Shown piece after piece: positions 48,720-57,649 of a stretch of DNA of 64,000 nt. The position numbers and the translations under genes are program-made. Position 1 is the first letter of the stretch, and the number at the start of each line of letters is the position of its first letter. The stretch is from positions 310,001 through 374,000 of IMG/VR virus record IMGVR_UViG_3300032236_002285. One strand, 5' to 3'. Under the pieces are notes generated by a model. It did not search any database. It was given only the letters and a program-made list of their open reading frames with translations, and had not been told where the DNA came from.

Positions 48720-48750
48720 AACTTATTAATTTTTATAGAATATAACGTCT

Positions 48751-49575
48751 ATGGAAATTAATGCTATTCATCAAGGTGATTCTTTAGAGTTACTGAAACA
48801 ACTACCAGACAACTCTGTTGACTTGGTAATAACATCTCCACCATATTCAACATTAAAAGTTTATATAGATAATGGTGGAATCTTAGCCAAAGATTATGTC
48901 AATTGGTTTATCCCCTACTGTAAAGAAATAGAAAGAGTTCTTAAACCAACTGGATCCTTCATCTTAAATATCAATGATAAAGTTGAGAATGGCTTTAGAC
49001 ATCCTTATGTCTTTGATTTAATATCAGAATTACATAAACAAACAGGATTAAAAATGTTTGAGAGATTGTTCTGGAACAAATTAAAAAGTCTTCCTAATAG
49101 AGCCAGATTTGGTGATAGAGTAGAATACTTATTTTGGTTTGCTAAAGAAAAAGGATTCAAGTTTAATCTTGATGAAATGAGAACTGAGTATTCTGAGAAG
49201 TCTATTAAAAGAATGACTAAACCTCTAAAGAAAAGATTTGCCAGAACAGAAGGTGATGATAATTTAGAGTATAAAGATTGGGCTCCAAATCCAAAAGGTG
49301 CTTTACCAACTACTCTAGTAAATATCTCATCTGAATCAAAAAGAATTGCTGATAATCACGTTGCTGTTTTCCCGGTTGAACTTATTGAGTACTTTATTAA
49401 AGGTGCTACAGATAAAGGTGATTTAGTATTAGATATTTTTATGGGTACTGGTACAACTGCTGTTGCTTCTAAGAATCTTGGTAGAAATTGGATAGGATTT
49501 GAATTACAACAAGATTACATTGATGTGGCTAATAAAAGATTAGGTGAGTATGCAGAAGCGCAAGATTCTAAGTAA
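48751..49575 (+). CDS. DNA methyltransferase, beta class (N4-cytosine/N6-adenine)
   Basis: TSPPY catalytic motif before H.AVFP and DIFMGTGTT (SAM binding). Confidence 0.92.
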   Translation: MEINAIHQGDSLELLKQLPDNSVDLVITSPPYSTLKVYIDNGGILAKDYVNWFIPYCKEIERVLKPTGSFILNINDKVENGFRHPYVFDLISELHKQTGLKMFERLFWNKLKSLPNRARFGDRVEYLFWFAKEKGFKFNLDEMRTEYSEKSIKRMTKPLKKRFARTEGDDNLEYKDWAPNPKGALPTTLVNISSESKRIADNHVAVFPVELIEYFIKGATDKGDLVLDIFMGTGTTAVASKNLGRNWIGFELQQDYIDVANKRLGEYAEAQDSK

Positions 49576-49783
49576 AGTGGGAATTATATTCGGTATACTA
49601 GCATTTCTAATGTTGTTTGTTATACCATTTTTTATTAAATCTAATGATAAAATACTTGCTGGTGTTTACTTTGTTTTATTTTTAACCTGTACTGGTGTTG
49701 CTAATATAACAATGGAAAAATCAAATAAACCTATAACTCTTGAAGAAGAAAGAGAAGAAAAAATCAGGCAAATTATTAAGTGA
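49550..49783 (+). CDS. Small two-transmembrane protein with tag (REEKIRQIIK)
   Basis: Two hydrophobic segments; ATG 49550. Confidence 0.65.
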   Translation: MQKRKILSKVGIIFGILAFLMLFVIPFFIKSNDKILAGVYFVLFLTCTGVANITMEKSNKPITLEEEREEKIRQIIK

Positions 49784-50073
49784 AAGTTTATTGTAAAAGA
49801 ACCTATTTTGAGAAAAACACATATTTCTTTCCAGTAAATGGAAAAGAATATGGTCAAGATTATGTTAAGTGGGCTTGGGGTAAACTATATGAATGTAGAG
49901 AACCTGATGGTTATGAAAGAGGTGGTCATACAGAAATGTTTCCAGGAATTTATTTGTACATAGAATCTGAAGTTAAAAATACTTGGTACCCGATAAAAGA
50001 AAAGGAATTTAAAAGACACTTTGAAACTTTAGAAGAAAATCGTGATAGAAAATTAGAGCAAATTTTAAAATGA
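49780..50073 (+). CDS. Hypothetical protein with tag (RDRKLEQILK)
   Basis: ORF track. Confidence 0.7.
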   Translation: MKVYCKRTYFEKNTYFFPVNGKEYGQDYVKWAWGKLYECREPDGYERGGHTEMFPGIYLYIESEVKNTWYPIKEKEFKRHFETLEENRDRKLEQILK

Positions 50074-50825
50074 AATATTTATCAGATACAGAAATCCTTA
50101 ATTGGAATAAAAGATTAGAAAAAAGTGACTATAGTGTTTACGCTCTTTCTAATACTAGATCAGGCAATCCTGATATTGTCTTTAGACAAAAAATTAACAC
50201 TGGTTTTAATGCTATGGGTCAACAATTTGTTGAAACCTTAGATCCGTTCATTCGTTATGACTTTACATTTTCAATATCTTCTAATAGAAAAGAAACATTC
50301 TTTGATTTATTTAATAAATTATCAAAAGTAACTTTTGGTACTAAGTCTTGTTACATTGATGATAGGAGCAACTCTTATGATAGAAAGTTATCAGATATTA
50401 AATTTAATGATGATGTTATTGAAAGTAAAGAAGAAAATACTCATATGGTTTATGAAAAAGAGTATGTTAGATTCACATATCACTTTGCGGGTAAATTAGG
50501 TTCTATAATGGCTTATATTTCATATTTAGAAGATGCTATTAACTATTTGTCGGAAATGTGGGGATATAATGAAGATGGTACAGAAGTTTGTTTATTGAAA
50601 TATCCAATTGGTACAATCGTTTCTAAAAATTCTGATAAATCAACTGATTATCTAGTATTAGATTATAGATATACAAAAACAAATGGTAAATACTATATTG
50701 ATTTTATTGCTAGTGAAATGATGAATACTAAGGGTTCGGTTATAACTTACGGTGAGGTTTATACATTCACAGAGGCTGATTTGTGTTATAGTCGCAATTC
50801 AAGAATTGACGATATTTTAAATTAA
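50070..50825 (+). CDS. Hypothetical protein with tag (RNSRIDDILN)
   Basis: ORF track. Confidence 0.7.
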   Translation: MKYLSDTEILNWNKRLEKSDYSVYALSNTRSGNPDIVFRQKINTGFNAMGQQFVETLDPFIRYDFTFSISSNRKETFFDLFNKLSKVTFGTKSCYIDDRSNSYDRKLSDIKFNDDVIESKEENTHMVYEKEYVRFTYHFAGKLGSIMAYISYLEDAINYLSEMWGYNEDGTEVCLLKYPIGTIVSKNSDKSTDYLVLDYRYTKTNGKYYIDFIASEMMNTKGSVITYGEVYTFTEADLCYSRNSRIDDILN

Positions 50826-50828
50826 ATA

Positions 50829-50859
50829 TTTGCTATTTGAAAAAGTTTTACTATCTTTG
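50829..50859 (+). promoter_or_regulatory. Bacteroidota promoter TTTG-N19-TATCTTTG driving the tRNA
   Basis: Canonical spacing; 10 nt upstream of the tRNA 5' end. Confidence 0.7.
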
Positions 50860-50869
50860 TAAAACAATT

Positions 50870-50949
50870 GCGGGTAGAGTCTAATGCGGCGTGGATGTCG
50901 CGGGCGCCTCTAAAACGTCTGGCATCGGGTTCAAATCCTGCTATCCGCA
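50870..50949 (+). tRNA. Atypical tRNA with CUA anticodon (amber-suppressor type); no encoded CCA
   Basis: Acceptor GCGGGTA(G)/(C)TATCCGC; anticodon loop CTCTAAA on GGGCG/CGTCT stem; T-loop TTCAAAT; discriminator A followed by CTA; non-canonical D region. Confidence 0.75.
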
Positions 50950-50952
50950 CTA

Positions 50953-51396
50953 ATGATAATTAAACGAGACGATGATTTTATGGTTGGCTTATACTGGTTT
51001 TGGGATAAGTATGTTCATTATAAAACTAAAAGTAAGCGAGGTTTGCCAGAAAGATTTGAGTCTCAGTTTAATAAAATGTTAGCAATCTTAGAAGTAAAAT
51101 ATCCACATATGTCAGGCAGATGGAATGGTCAAACCAAAGCAGAGTTTGAAAAGAATTATAAAAGAGTTAAAGACATCGTTGATAAATCAACCGGTGATGA
51201 AGATAAAGCGGTCGCTTTAGCACAAACACAAGCCAACCGAATTACAGATGAATTTAAAGCCATTAATAGAGCAATGGCTGCTAAATCTATGAATCAAGAA
51301 CACATTTTTGAAGTATTCTTTCAAAGAGCTTATGAGTTAGGTTCTGTTAGTAAACAAGAGTATCGTGAATACAAATTAGAAAAGTTAGGTATTTAA
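50953..51396 (+). CDS. Hypothetical protein with tag (REYKLEKLGI)
   Basis: ORF track. Confidence 0.7.
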   Translation: MIIKRDDDFMVGLYWFWDKYVHYKTKSKRGLPERFESQFNKMLAILEVKYPHMSGRWNGQTKAEFEKNYKRVKDIVDKSTGDEDKAVALAQTQANRITDEFKAINRAMAAKSMNQEHIFEVFFQRAYELGSVSKQEYREYKLEKLGI

Positions 51397-51695
51397 TGAT
51401 AGTTAAAACTAAATTTCTTTGTAAGAGTGGTAGTAGAACTGGTTCTGGTATTGCTGGTGATGTTTGGATAGATAAGTTCATAGAAGATAAGTGGTATGAT
51501 GGTGAGTATCAAACTTGGTCATTTGAAGATGGTTACAGAATCAATGGTGGTTGGAGAAGATACTGGGCAATAAATGAGCAAGGTAAAAAAGAAGAAATCT
51601 CAAGAGCTTTGTTTAGAATAATATTTGAAACTGATATTCAACAATTAAGAGATAAAAAAATAGAAGATATAATAAATGAAAACGTTAATAGTTAA
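51396..51695 (+). CDS. Hypothetical protein with tag (RDKKIEDII)
   Basis: ORF track. Confidence 0.7.
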   Translation: MIVKTKFLCKSGSRTGSGIAGDVWIDKFIEDKWYDGEYQTWSFEDGYRINGGWRRYWAINEQGKKEEISRALFRIIFETDIQQLRDKKIEDIINENVNS

Positions 51696-52212
51696 TTTTT
51701 ACGGTGGTCCTGGTTCTGGTAAATCTACGGCAGCAGCAAGGAATTTTTCAGAATTAAAAGACCTTGGATATAATGTTGAATTAGCAACAGAGTATGCTAA
51801 AGATTTAACATGGCAGGAATCTTTCAATGTATTAAGAAACCAGATTTACATTTTTGGCAAACAACAACATAGAATTTGGAGATTGGATGGTAAAGTACAA
51901 ATCATCTTAACTGACTCACCTTTATTACTTAGCACGGTCTATGCCGCTGACGAAACAACCGAACTATTCAAATCAATGGTAATTGAAGAATATCGTAAAA
52001 GACCTACAATTAATATCTTCTTAAATAGAACTAAGCCATATAATCCAGCAGGTAGAAGCCAATCAGAAGAAGCCGCAATTGAATTGGATAAAAAAATCAG
52101 AGAGAAAGTTCTTGAGATTGATAAGTTTCACTTAACCGTGAATGGGGAAAAAGAATCAACACAAACAATAACTGAATTCATTATAAACGAATATAATAAA
52201 TTAAACAAATAA
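51676..52212 (+). CDS. P-loop NTPase/kinase (NadR/AAA_28-like)
   Basis: Walker A GGPGSGKST, EYAKD, TDSPL, GRSQ. Confidence 0.8.
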   Translation: MKTLIVNFYGGPGSGKSTAAARNFSELKDLGYNVELATEYAKDLTWQESFNVLRNQIYIFGKQQHRIWRLDGKVQIILTDSPLLLSTVYAADETTELFKSMVIEEYRKRPTINIFLNRTKPYNPAGRSQSEEAAIELDKKIREKVLEIDKFHLTVNGEKESTQTITEFIINEYNKLNK

Positions 52213-52213
52213 T

Positions 52214-52615
52214 ATGTACGATTACGAAAATACACAGCCTAAGAATATCAATGTTTCAAAAGATTTTGTTGATATTTATACAAATTTCAACGTGGTTACT
52301 CAAGTTGAGAAGATGAAAAAATTATCTAAGAAAGAATTGTATTTATTACTAACCGTTTGCTTAGACAAGTTTTCAGATGAGGACCCAGTTGTTAAATACA
52401 ATTTACTTCCTTTCAAAGATGAATGTATGGCTATCTTTGATATTCAAGATGATAAAGAAACAACTGATGTTGATCTTATTAGTCTTATAGAAGAGTCTGG
52501 TGATAAGTATATTGAAACTGATAATATTGTTTATAATGAAGATCAGAAGCTTCCTGAACCTTTAACAAAAGAGCAAGTTCGTGATGCTAAAATAAATATC
52601 ATCAACGAAGACTAA
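52214..52615 (+). CDS. Hypothetical acidic protein with tag (RDAKINII)
   Basis: ORF track. Confidence 0.7.
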   Translation: MYDYENTQPKNINVSKDFVDIYTNFNVVTQVEKMKKLSKKELYLLLTVCLDKFSDEDPVVKYNLLPFKDECMAIFDIQDDKETTDVDLISLIEESGDKYIETDNIVYNEDQKLPEPLTKEQVRDAKINIINED

Positions 52616-52654
52616 TTTTAAAATATTTTTACTATATTTGTAATCTAAATAAAT

Positions 52655-54400
52655 ATGATGGATCAAGAAATAATCAATGAACAAGAGGTAAAACAACCAG
52701 TGATTGGTGAGTTCAAACCGAAGCGTGCTTTTCTAAACTTTGTATCGGCTGTAAACGGAGCAAGAGTTCGTTTCATCCGTGATGTCGCATTTGTGAAAGG
52801 TGAGAAGCTTTCCGGTACCTTAGAAGGTATCGTTTTCAAAATCACTATCTGTGATGAAGGTACAATTAACTTTGAAGAAGTTGATACAAATGTAACTGAT
52901 GCGGCTCAACGTCAAAGACTTATTGATGATATTGATACAACTGATGTAACTGGCTATGCTCAAAAGTATGTAGTTGCTGGTATTCAGTTCGCTGATGTTA
53001 ATGGTGACATCTGTTATCTTGAAGTTGAAGAAAAGAAACCAATTGATAAGTTGAAATCATTATTTGATGAAGAAGAAAAACCTTCTTTGTCTAATAAGGG
53101 TATGAGTTTTCTTGATGATTTGTTAAGTGGTTCTGACGAAGTTGAACCATTGGTACTTTCTGAACAAGATGCTGAAATTTTTGTAGAAGCAATTGAAAAT
53201 CCAGCAGAGCCAAATGAGAATTTGAAGAGTGCGGCTACTTCATATATGGAAGAACAATTCCGTAAGATGAATGAAGATAAAGTAAACGAATTAAAAAATC
53301 GTGTTGAAGACTCTGAAAAAGAAGTAGTTAAGTTAAAAAGAGAAATTTCAATCTCTGAAAGTAAGTTAAAAAAACAAACAGAAGATTTGAAAGTTCTTAA
53401 CTCACGTCTTGAGAGTTTAACACCAGGTGATGAACCAAATGGTTATGTTTTCTATGTTTCAGAAGAACAAAAAAATGATGTTGGTTTAGACGAATCAACC
53501 AAACACGTTGCTGATAAAATTGCTGACCTTTTAGGTCTTAAAAAAGAAGTTCTTTTTGAACAATTGACTGGTGGTTTTTACCGTATTAAGATTGCTAAGA
53601 AAGATGATATTACTAATCAAGATTTCAAATTAGAAAAAGAAATCTATGATAAGATTGCTACTATTGATGTAACAGGTAAAATGACCGTTGTTGATGGTGA
53701 ATTTGAATATCGTGGTGATATGACTTGGCATCAATTAGTTGGTAAGATGTTGCGTAAAGGTTTTGAACAAGATCCAGAATTTGACAAGTTATGTCAATCT
53801 AATTCTTATGAATCTCATGAAGAAGAAAAAACAGGTTCCTTAACAGAATCAATTCAAGAAGTTAATAAAGATATGTTGGAAAAGATTGAAGAGTTGAAAA
53901 AAGAAACAAAAAATACTTCACTTGAAATCAAGTCACAAACCGTAAGAACCTACAATGAGGAAACTACATTAGTAGTTATGGGTACAATTGACCACAATGA
54001 GAATCGTGATGTTGAGATTACTGATGATTACACCTCATTTGGAGTTTATGTTGGTGATAAAAGAATAAAAGGTTATTATGAATCTGATGGGTTTATCTCA
54101 ATTATGACTCTACCAGAATTCAAAAAGTGGCAAGCTAATTTTCCAGATGCTATGACTGATGGTGGTGCGGTGGATTCATTCTTATTACCTAACTTCAAGG
54201 GAACTATTGGTGTAACTGCTATGGTTGATGATGAATTCACTTCTGATTTTGATTTGGGTGATTATATTCAACATCAATTAGAAGATGCTGATGTGTTTTT
54301 AACACTTCCAGAAGGAACTGAGATTATGAAGATGGACGACTACCACAAAGTTCCAGTAGCCGCAATGAGAGATATTAAAATTGATAAAATTATTAAGTAA
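52655..54400 (+). CDS. Large acidic hypothetical protein with coiled coil and tag (RDIKIDKIIK)
   Basis: ORF track; TATATTTG at 52633-52640. Confidence 0.75.
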   Translation: MMDQEIINEQEVKQPVIGEFKPKRAFLNFVSAVNGARVRFIRDVAFVKGEKLSGTLEGIVFKITICDEGTINFEEVDTNVTDAAQRQRLIDDIDTTDVTGYAQKYVVAGIQFADVNGDICYLEVEEKKPIDKLKSLFDEEEKPSLSNKGMSFLDDLLSGSDEVEPLVLSEQDAEIFVEAIENPAEPNENLKSAATSYMEEQFRKMNEDKVNELKNRVEDSEKEVVKLKREISISESKLKKQTEDLKVLNSRLESLTPGDEPNGYVFYVSEEQKNDVGLDESTKHVADKIADLLGLKKEVLFEQLTGGFYRIKIAKKDDITNQDFKLEKEIYDKIATIDVTGKMTVVDGEFEYRGDMTWHQLVGKMLRKGFEQDPEFDKLCQSNSYESHEEEKTGSLTESIQEVNKDMLEKIEELKKETKNTSLEIKSQTVRTYNEETTLVVMGTIDHNENRDVEITDDYTSFGVYVGDKRIKGYYESDGFISIMTLPEFKKWQANFPDAMTDGGAVDSFLLPNFKGTIGVTAMVDDEFTSDFDLGDYIQHQLEDADVFLTLPEGTEIMKMDDYHKVPVAAMRDIKIDKIIK

Positions 54401-54882
54401 TGACTAGTATTAAGAAATTGAAGTATAAGTATTTCCGCCTTATTATAAAATGGCGTAGATGGAGAACATCTATTAATGATAAGATGGTTGCTGAAAGGTC
54501 AAAACTTACAGCATATGAAGAGAAAGCTCTTAGGCTTTGGAAGATACTCTTAAAAGATGAAGATACTAAAATGTCTTATAATACTTTTGGTGTTCGTCAA
54601 ATTGAGAAGAAGAATATCTTTATGAAGCTTCAACCAGGTGGAAACAATGATTGTATAATGACATTGATAGATATTACCACAGAACGCAGAAGTTTATATG
54701 AGATACATATTCCTCAAAGTCATGCTGATGTGATAATTGACTATTTTGATTATGAGTTAGAGAAGAGGATGAAAAAGGCTGAGATAAATAAGCGCATCAT
54801 TATTGAAACTGATATTGATAACCTTCTAGAACAAGAAGAAAAAATGGTATTAGAAAAAATTGCCAAAAAAATAAATACATAA
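54400..54882 (+). CDS. Hypothetical protein
   Basis: ORF track. Confidence 0.65.
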   Translation: MTSIKKLKYKYFRLIIKWRRWRTSINDKMVAERSKLTAYEEKALRLWKILLKDEDTKMSYNTFGVRQIEKKNIFMKLQPGGNNDCIMTLIDITTERRSLYEIHIPQSHADVIIDYFDYELEKRMKKAEINKRIIIETDIDNLLEQEEKMVLEKIAKKINT

Positions 54883-54934
54883 TATTTGTGAGATTAGAAA
54901 TAATTTCATATCTTTGTAAAAAGAACATATAAAA

Positions 54935-56518
54935 ATGATATTAAAGAACATACACGAAAAGCTATTATCAGGTATCCAAACAATGTTAATTGATACCAAG
55001 ATTAACTTGCCTTACTACGGTGAGTTTAACCTTCATATCAACTTTGTTGAGCAAGACTCTGTTGGTACTTGTGGTGTTAACGTAACATCAAAAGGAATGA
55101 ACTTCTTCTATTCACCTAAATTTTTAGAAGATATGTCTCAAAAAGAAGTGAACTTTATCACTCTCCACGAGGACTTCCACTTGCTTTTCAATCACCCTAA
55201 GCGTACCGTAACTGGTCAATATGACCACAAACTTTCTAATATCGCTCAAGACATGATTATCAATCACGTTATTTGGGAAGATATTCCACACGCTTTCGTT
55301 GAAATTCCTAAGAGCAAAGATGGTAAAAACATGGCTTTGTTCGTTCCAAAAGAATATACTGGTAAACTTATCTTTGAAGAGTTATATGAGTGGTTGAAAG
55401 AAGAAAAAGAAAAGTGGCAGAAAGAACAAAAGAAAAACCAACAATGTAAATCTTGTAACGGTACTGGTAAGAAAGATCAAGGTCAAGGTCAAAAACAAGA
55501 CCAAAAAGGTCAAGGTCAACAACAACCAGGTGATGGTCAAGGTGAAGGTGAGAAACAAGAAGGTCAAGGCAAAGGTCAACAACCAGGTGATGGTCAAGGT
55601 GAAGGTCAAGACTCTCAAGACCAAGGTGGACAAGGTGAAGGTCAGGGTCAAGGACAACAAGGTCAAGGACAAGGTGGTGGTCATTCTCATGGAGAAGGTG
55701 AACCTTGCCCAGATTGTGGTGGAACTGGTAACGAAGGTGGTAAAGACTCAAGTGGTAAACCTTCTTACGGTCCTTATGGTAAGAACCCATCTAAAGATGG
55801 TGAATCATTAGACACTTGGTCTAAAGAGCAAATCTTCCAAGATATGGAAAATGGCACTGGTGAGTATTTAGACAAACACATTGGTGATGATGTTCCAGAA
55901 GAAATGCGTGATGCTATGGTTAAAGATGTGATGGAACGTTTAGCTGCTCGTGGTTTATCTGCTGGTAATGTTGAACAAACATTAAACAAACTTCGTAAGA
56001 AGCGTAAAGATTATCTTCGTGAAATCAAACGCGCTGTATCAAATATGATTTTCGGTACCGTGAAACAAAAAACAATTGTTAAACCTAACCGTCGTCAAAT
56101 CGCTGGCTTGAAAGGTAACCGTAAAGTAAAAACCAAAATCAATTGTATCTTAGATACATCTGGTTCAATGGGTGGTACTTTTGAAAGAGTTCTTTCTTAT
56201 GTATATCGTAATGATATTGAAATCAATTTGATTGAAGCTGATACCGAAGTTAAGTGGATTGAAAACATCAAGAACAAACGTAAATTGGAAACAATGAAGA
56301 TTAAAGGTCTTGGTGGTACTATCTTACAACCTGCTATTGACTTAGTAGCTGACCAATTCAATGAATTTAACACCGTAGTCCTAACAGACGGTTATTGCGA
56401 CTCACTCGATTTGTCAAAAATCAAAGGTCGTGTTCTTCTTATCTCGATTGGTGTAAAAGTGCCAATCTCAAGAAGCAACGGTAAAATTAAACATATCGTT
56501 GTTGAGAAAGAAAACTAA
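54935..56518 (+). CDS. Putative metallopeptidase (HExxH) plus VWA domain protein (DUF2201-like) with G/Q-rich linker
   Basis: LHEDFH, NIAQDMIIN; MIDAS DTSGSM, GLGGT, LTDG; promoter TTTG(54885)-N20-TATCTTTG(54909). Confidence 0.85.
   Translation: MILKNIHEKLLSGIQTMLIDTKINLPYYGEFNLHINFVEQDSVGTCGVNVTSKGMNFFYSPKFLEDMSQKEVNFITLHEDFHLLFNHPKRTVTGQYDHKLSNIAQDMIINHVIWEDIPHAFVEIPKSKDGKNMALFVPKEYTGKLIFEELYEWLKEEKEKWQKEQKKNQQCKSCNGTGKKDQGQGQKQDQKGQGQQQPGDGQGEGEKQEGQGKGQQPGDGQGEGQDSQDQGGQGEGQGQGQQGQGQGGGHSHGEGEPCPDCGGTGNEGGKDSSGKPSYGPYGKNPSKDGESLDTWSKEQIFQDMENGTGEYLDKHIGDDVPEEMRDAMVKDVMERLAARGLSAGNVEQTLNKLRKKRKDYLREIKRAVSNMIFGTVKQKTIVKPNRRQIAGLKGNRKVKTKINCILDTSGSMGGTFERVLSYVYRNDIEINLIEADTEVKWIENIKNKRKLETMKIKGLGGTILQPAIDLVADQFNEFNTVVLTDGYCDSLDLSKIKGRVLLISIGVKVPISRSNGKIKHIVVEKEN
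55445..55729 (+). repeat. Low-complexity G/Q/D/E repeat (QQPGDGQGEG) bracketed by two CxxCxGxG motifs
   Basis: GGTCAAGG-rich tandem units; CKSCNGTG and CPDCGGTG. Confidence 0.8.
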
Positions 56519-56545
56519 TAAAAAGTCCCTTTTGGGACTTTTTTG
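56519..56545 (+). terminator. Intrinsic terminator
   Basis: AAAAAGTCCC-TTTT-GGGACTTTTTT. Confidence 0.8.
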
Positions 56546-56614
56546 TTTTAAATACTTTCCTTATCTTTGTTAAATGTCGGAAGTATTCCGAGATATAAAG
56601 TTAGAATCAATAGT

Positions 56615-57181
56615 ATGAAAGTAATATTTTTAGATAATGATGGTGTAGTTTGCCTTTCCTCTGAGTGGGGTGGTCGCAAAAACAAAAAGCTAAAGTACTT
56701 GAAAGAATTTCCAGGTACTGCTGAAGAATCTATGCCTGCTTGGATAAAAATGGATAACTTTAATGACAAAGCTGTTAAGGTTCTTAATTCAATCTTAGAA
56801 CAAACTGATGCTGAGATCGTTGTTAGTTCTGATTGGAAGTTATATTGTACTTTAGAAGAACTTCAAGAAATGTTCTTAAAATATGATGTTATTAAAGCAC
56901 CAATTGATGTAACTCCAAACAAGGAACTTGCTATGCCTAAACAATGGTATGATAAAGGAGAATTAGCCGAATTTAGAGTAGGTGAAATTAATATGTGGTT
57001 AAAAGAACACCCAGAAGTAACTCAGTGGGTTGCTGTTGATGATTTGCCTTTAGGTGAATTATATGGACCAATCTCTGGTAACTTTCTTGGTGGCTTAAAG
57101 AACTTTGTCTTAACACCAAAGAGTTCTGAGGGTATTAAACAAAGTGGTATTAAAGAAAAAATATTAAAATTTTTATTGTGA
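56615..57181 (+). CDS. HAD-superfamily phosphatase (Swiss-army-knife RNA repair type)
   Basis: KVIFLDNDGV, IVVSSDW, WVAVDD; TATCTTTG at 56562-56569; ATG 56615 preferred. Confidence 0.8.
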   Translation: MKVIFLDNDGVVCLSSEWGGRKNKKLKYLKEFPGTAEESMPAWIKMDNFNDKAVKVLNSILEQTDAEIVVSSDWKLYCTLEELQEMFLKYDVIKAPIDVTPNKELAMPKQWYDKGELAEFRVGEINMWLKEHPEVTQWVAVDDLPLGELYGPISGNFLGGLKNFVLTPKSSEGIKQSGIKEKILKFLL

Positions 57182-57645
57182 TATATCGTTTAGATTTTAC
57201 CAATCTTTATGAGTGGAATAATTGTAATTCTGCTAACTCTAAGTTACTTGAAATGGTTCATAACTTAGTGCCGGATTCTTTATTACTATATCGATATAGG
57301 GTTAGGAAATCTATTGTTAATAAATATGGCGTTAATGATCCTGAGAAAATTAACTTTGATTTGATTAATCATAGATCAATTATTGTTTACCATTTAGATA
57401 TCTATAGAGAGAAACCTACTTTGATAAATGATTTAATTAAATTCTGCTTAAAAACAGATAGAGATTTGTTTATACCAACTCAACAAAATATATACTATGG
57501 TTCTGACGATAACTACAAAAAGAAACATGAATATAAACGTGATATAGCACTTGAGTTAGATGCTTATGATTATCAATACTATGATATGAATTTGGATAGC
57601 TCTTTAGTACAATTAAAAAGGGAGTTAGTTCTTAACTCCCTTTAA
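57178..57645 (+). CDS. Hypothetical protein with tag variant (KRELVLNSL)
   Basis: ORF track; GTG start overlaps the upstream stop. Confidence 0.65.
   Translation: MIYRLDFTNLYEWNNCNSANSKLLEMVHNLVPDSLLLYRYRVRKSIVNKYGVNDPEKINFDLINHRSIIVYHLDIYREKPTLINDLIKFCLKTDRDLFIPTQQNIYYGSDDNYKKKHEYKRDIALELDAYDYQYYDMNLDSSLVQLKRELVLNSL
57617..57643. terminator. Hairpin/terminator overlapping the end of the 57178 gene
   Basis: AAAGGGAGTTA-GTTCT-TAACTCCCTTT. Confidence 0.6.
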
Positions 57646-57649
57646 TTTA

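Noticed and set aside
50870-50952. tRNA-Pyl assignment
   Set aside because: It shares the CUCUAAA loop, but it has a canonical TTCAAAT T-loop, an A discriminator and a large D region, and no pyl genes are visible.
50826-50960. HDV-like (theta) ribozyme flanking the suppressor tRNA
   Set aside because: The tRNA is flanked directly by its promoter and the ATG at 50953; there is no room and no nested double-pseudoknot pattern.
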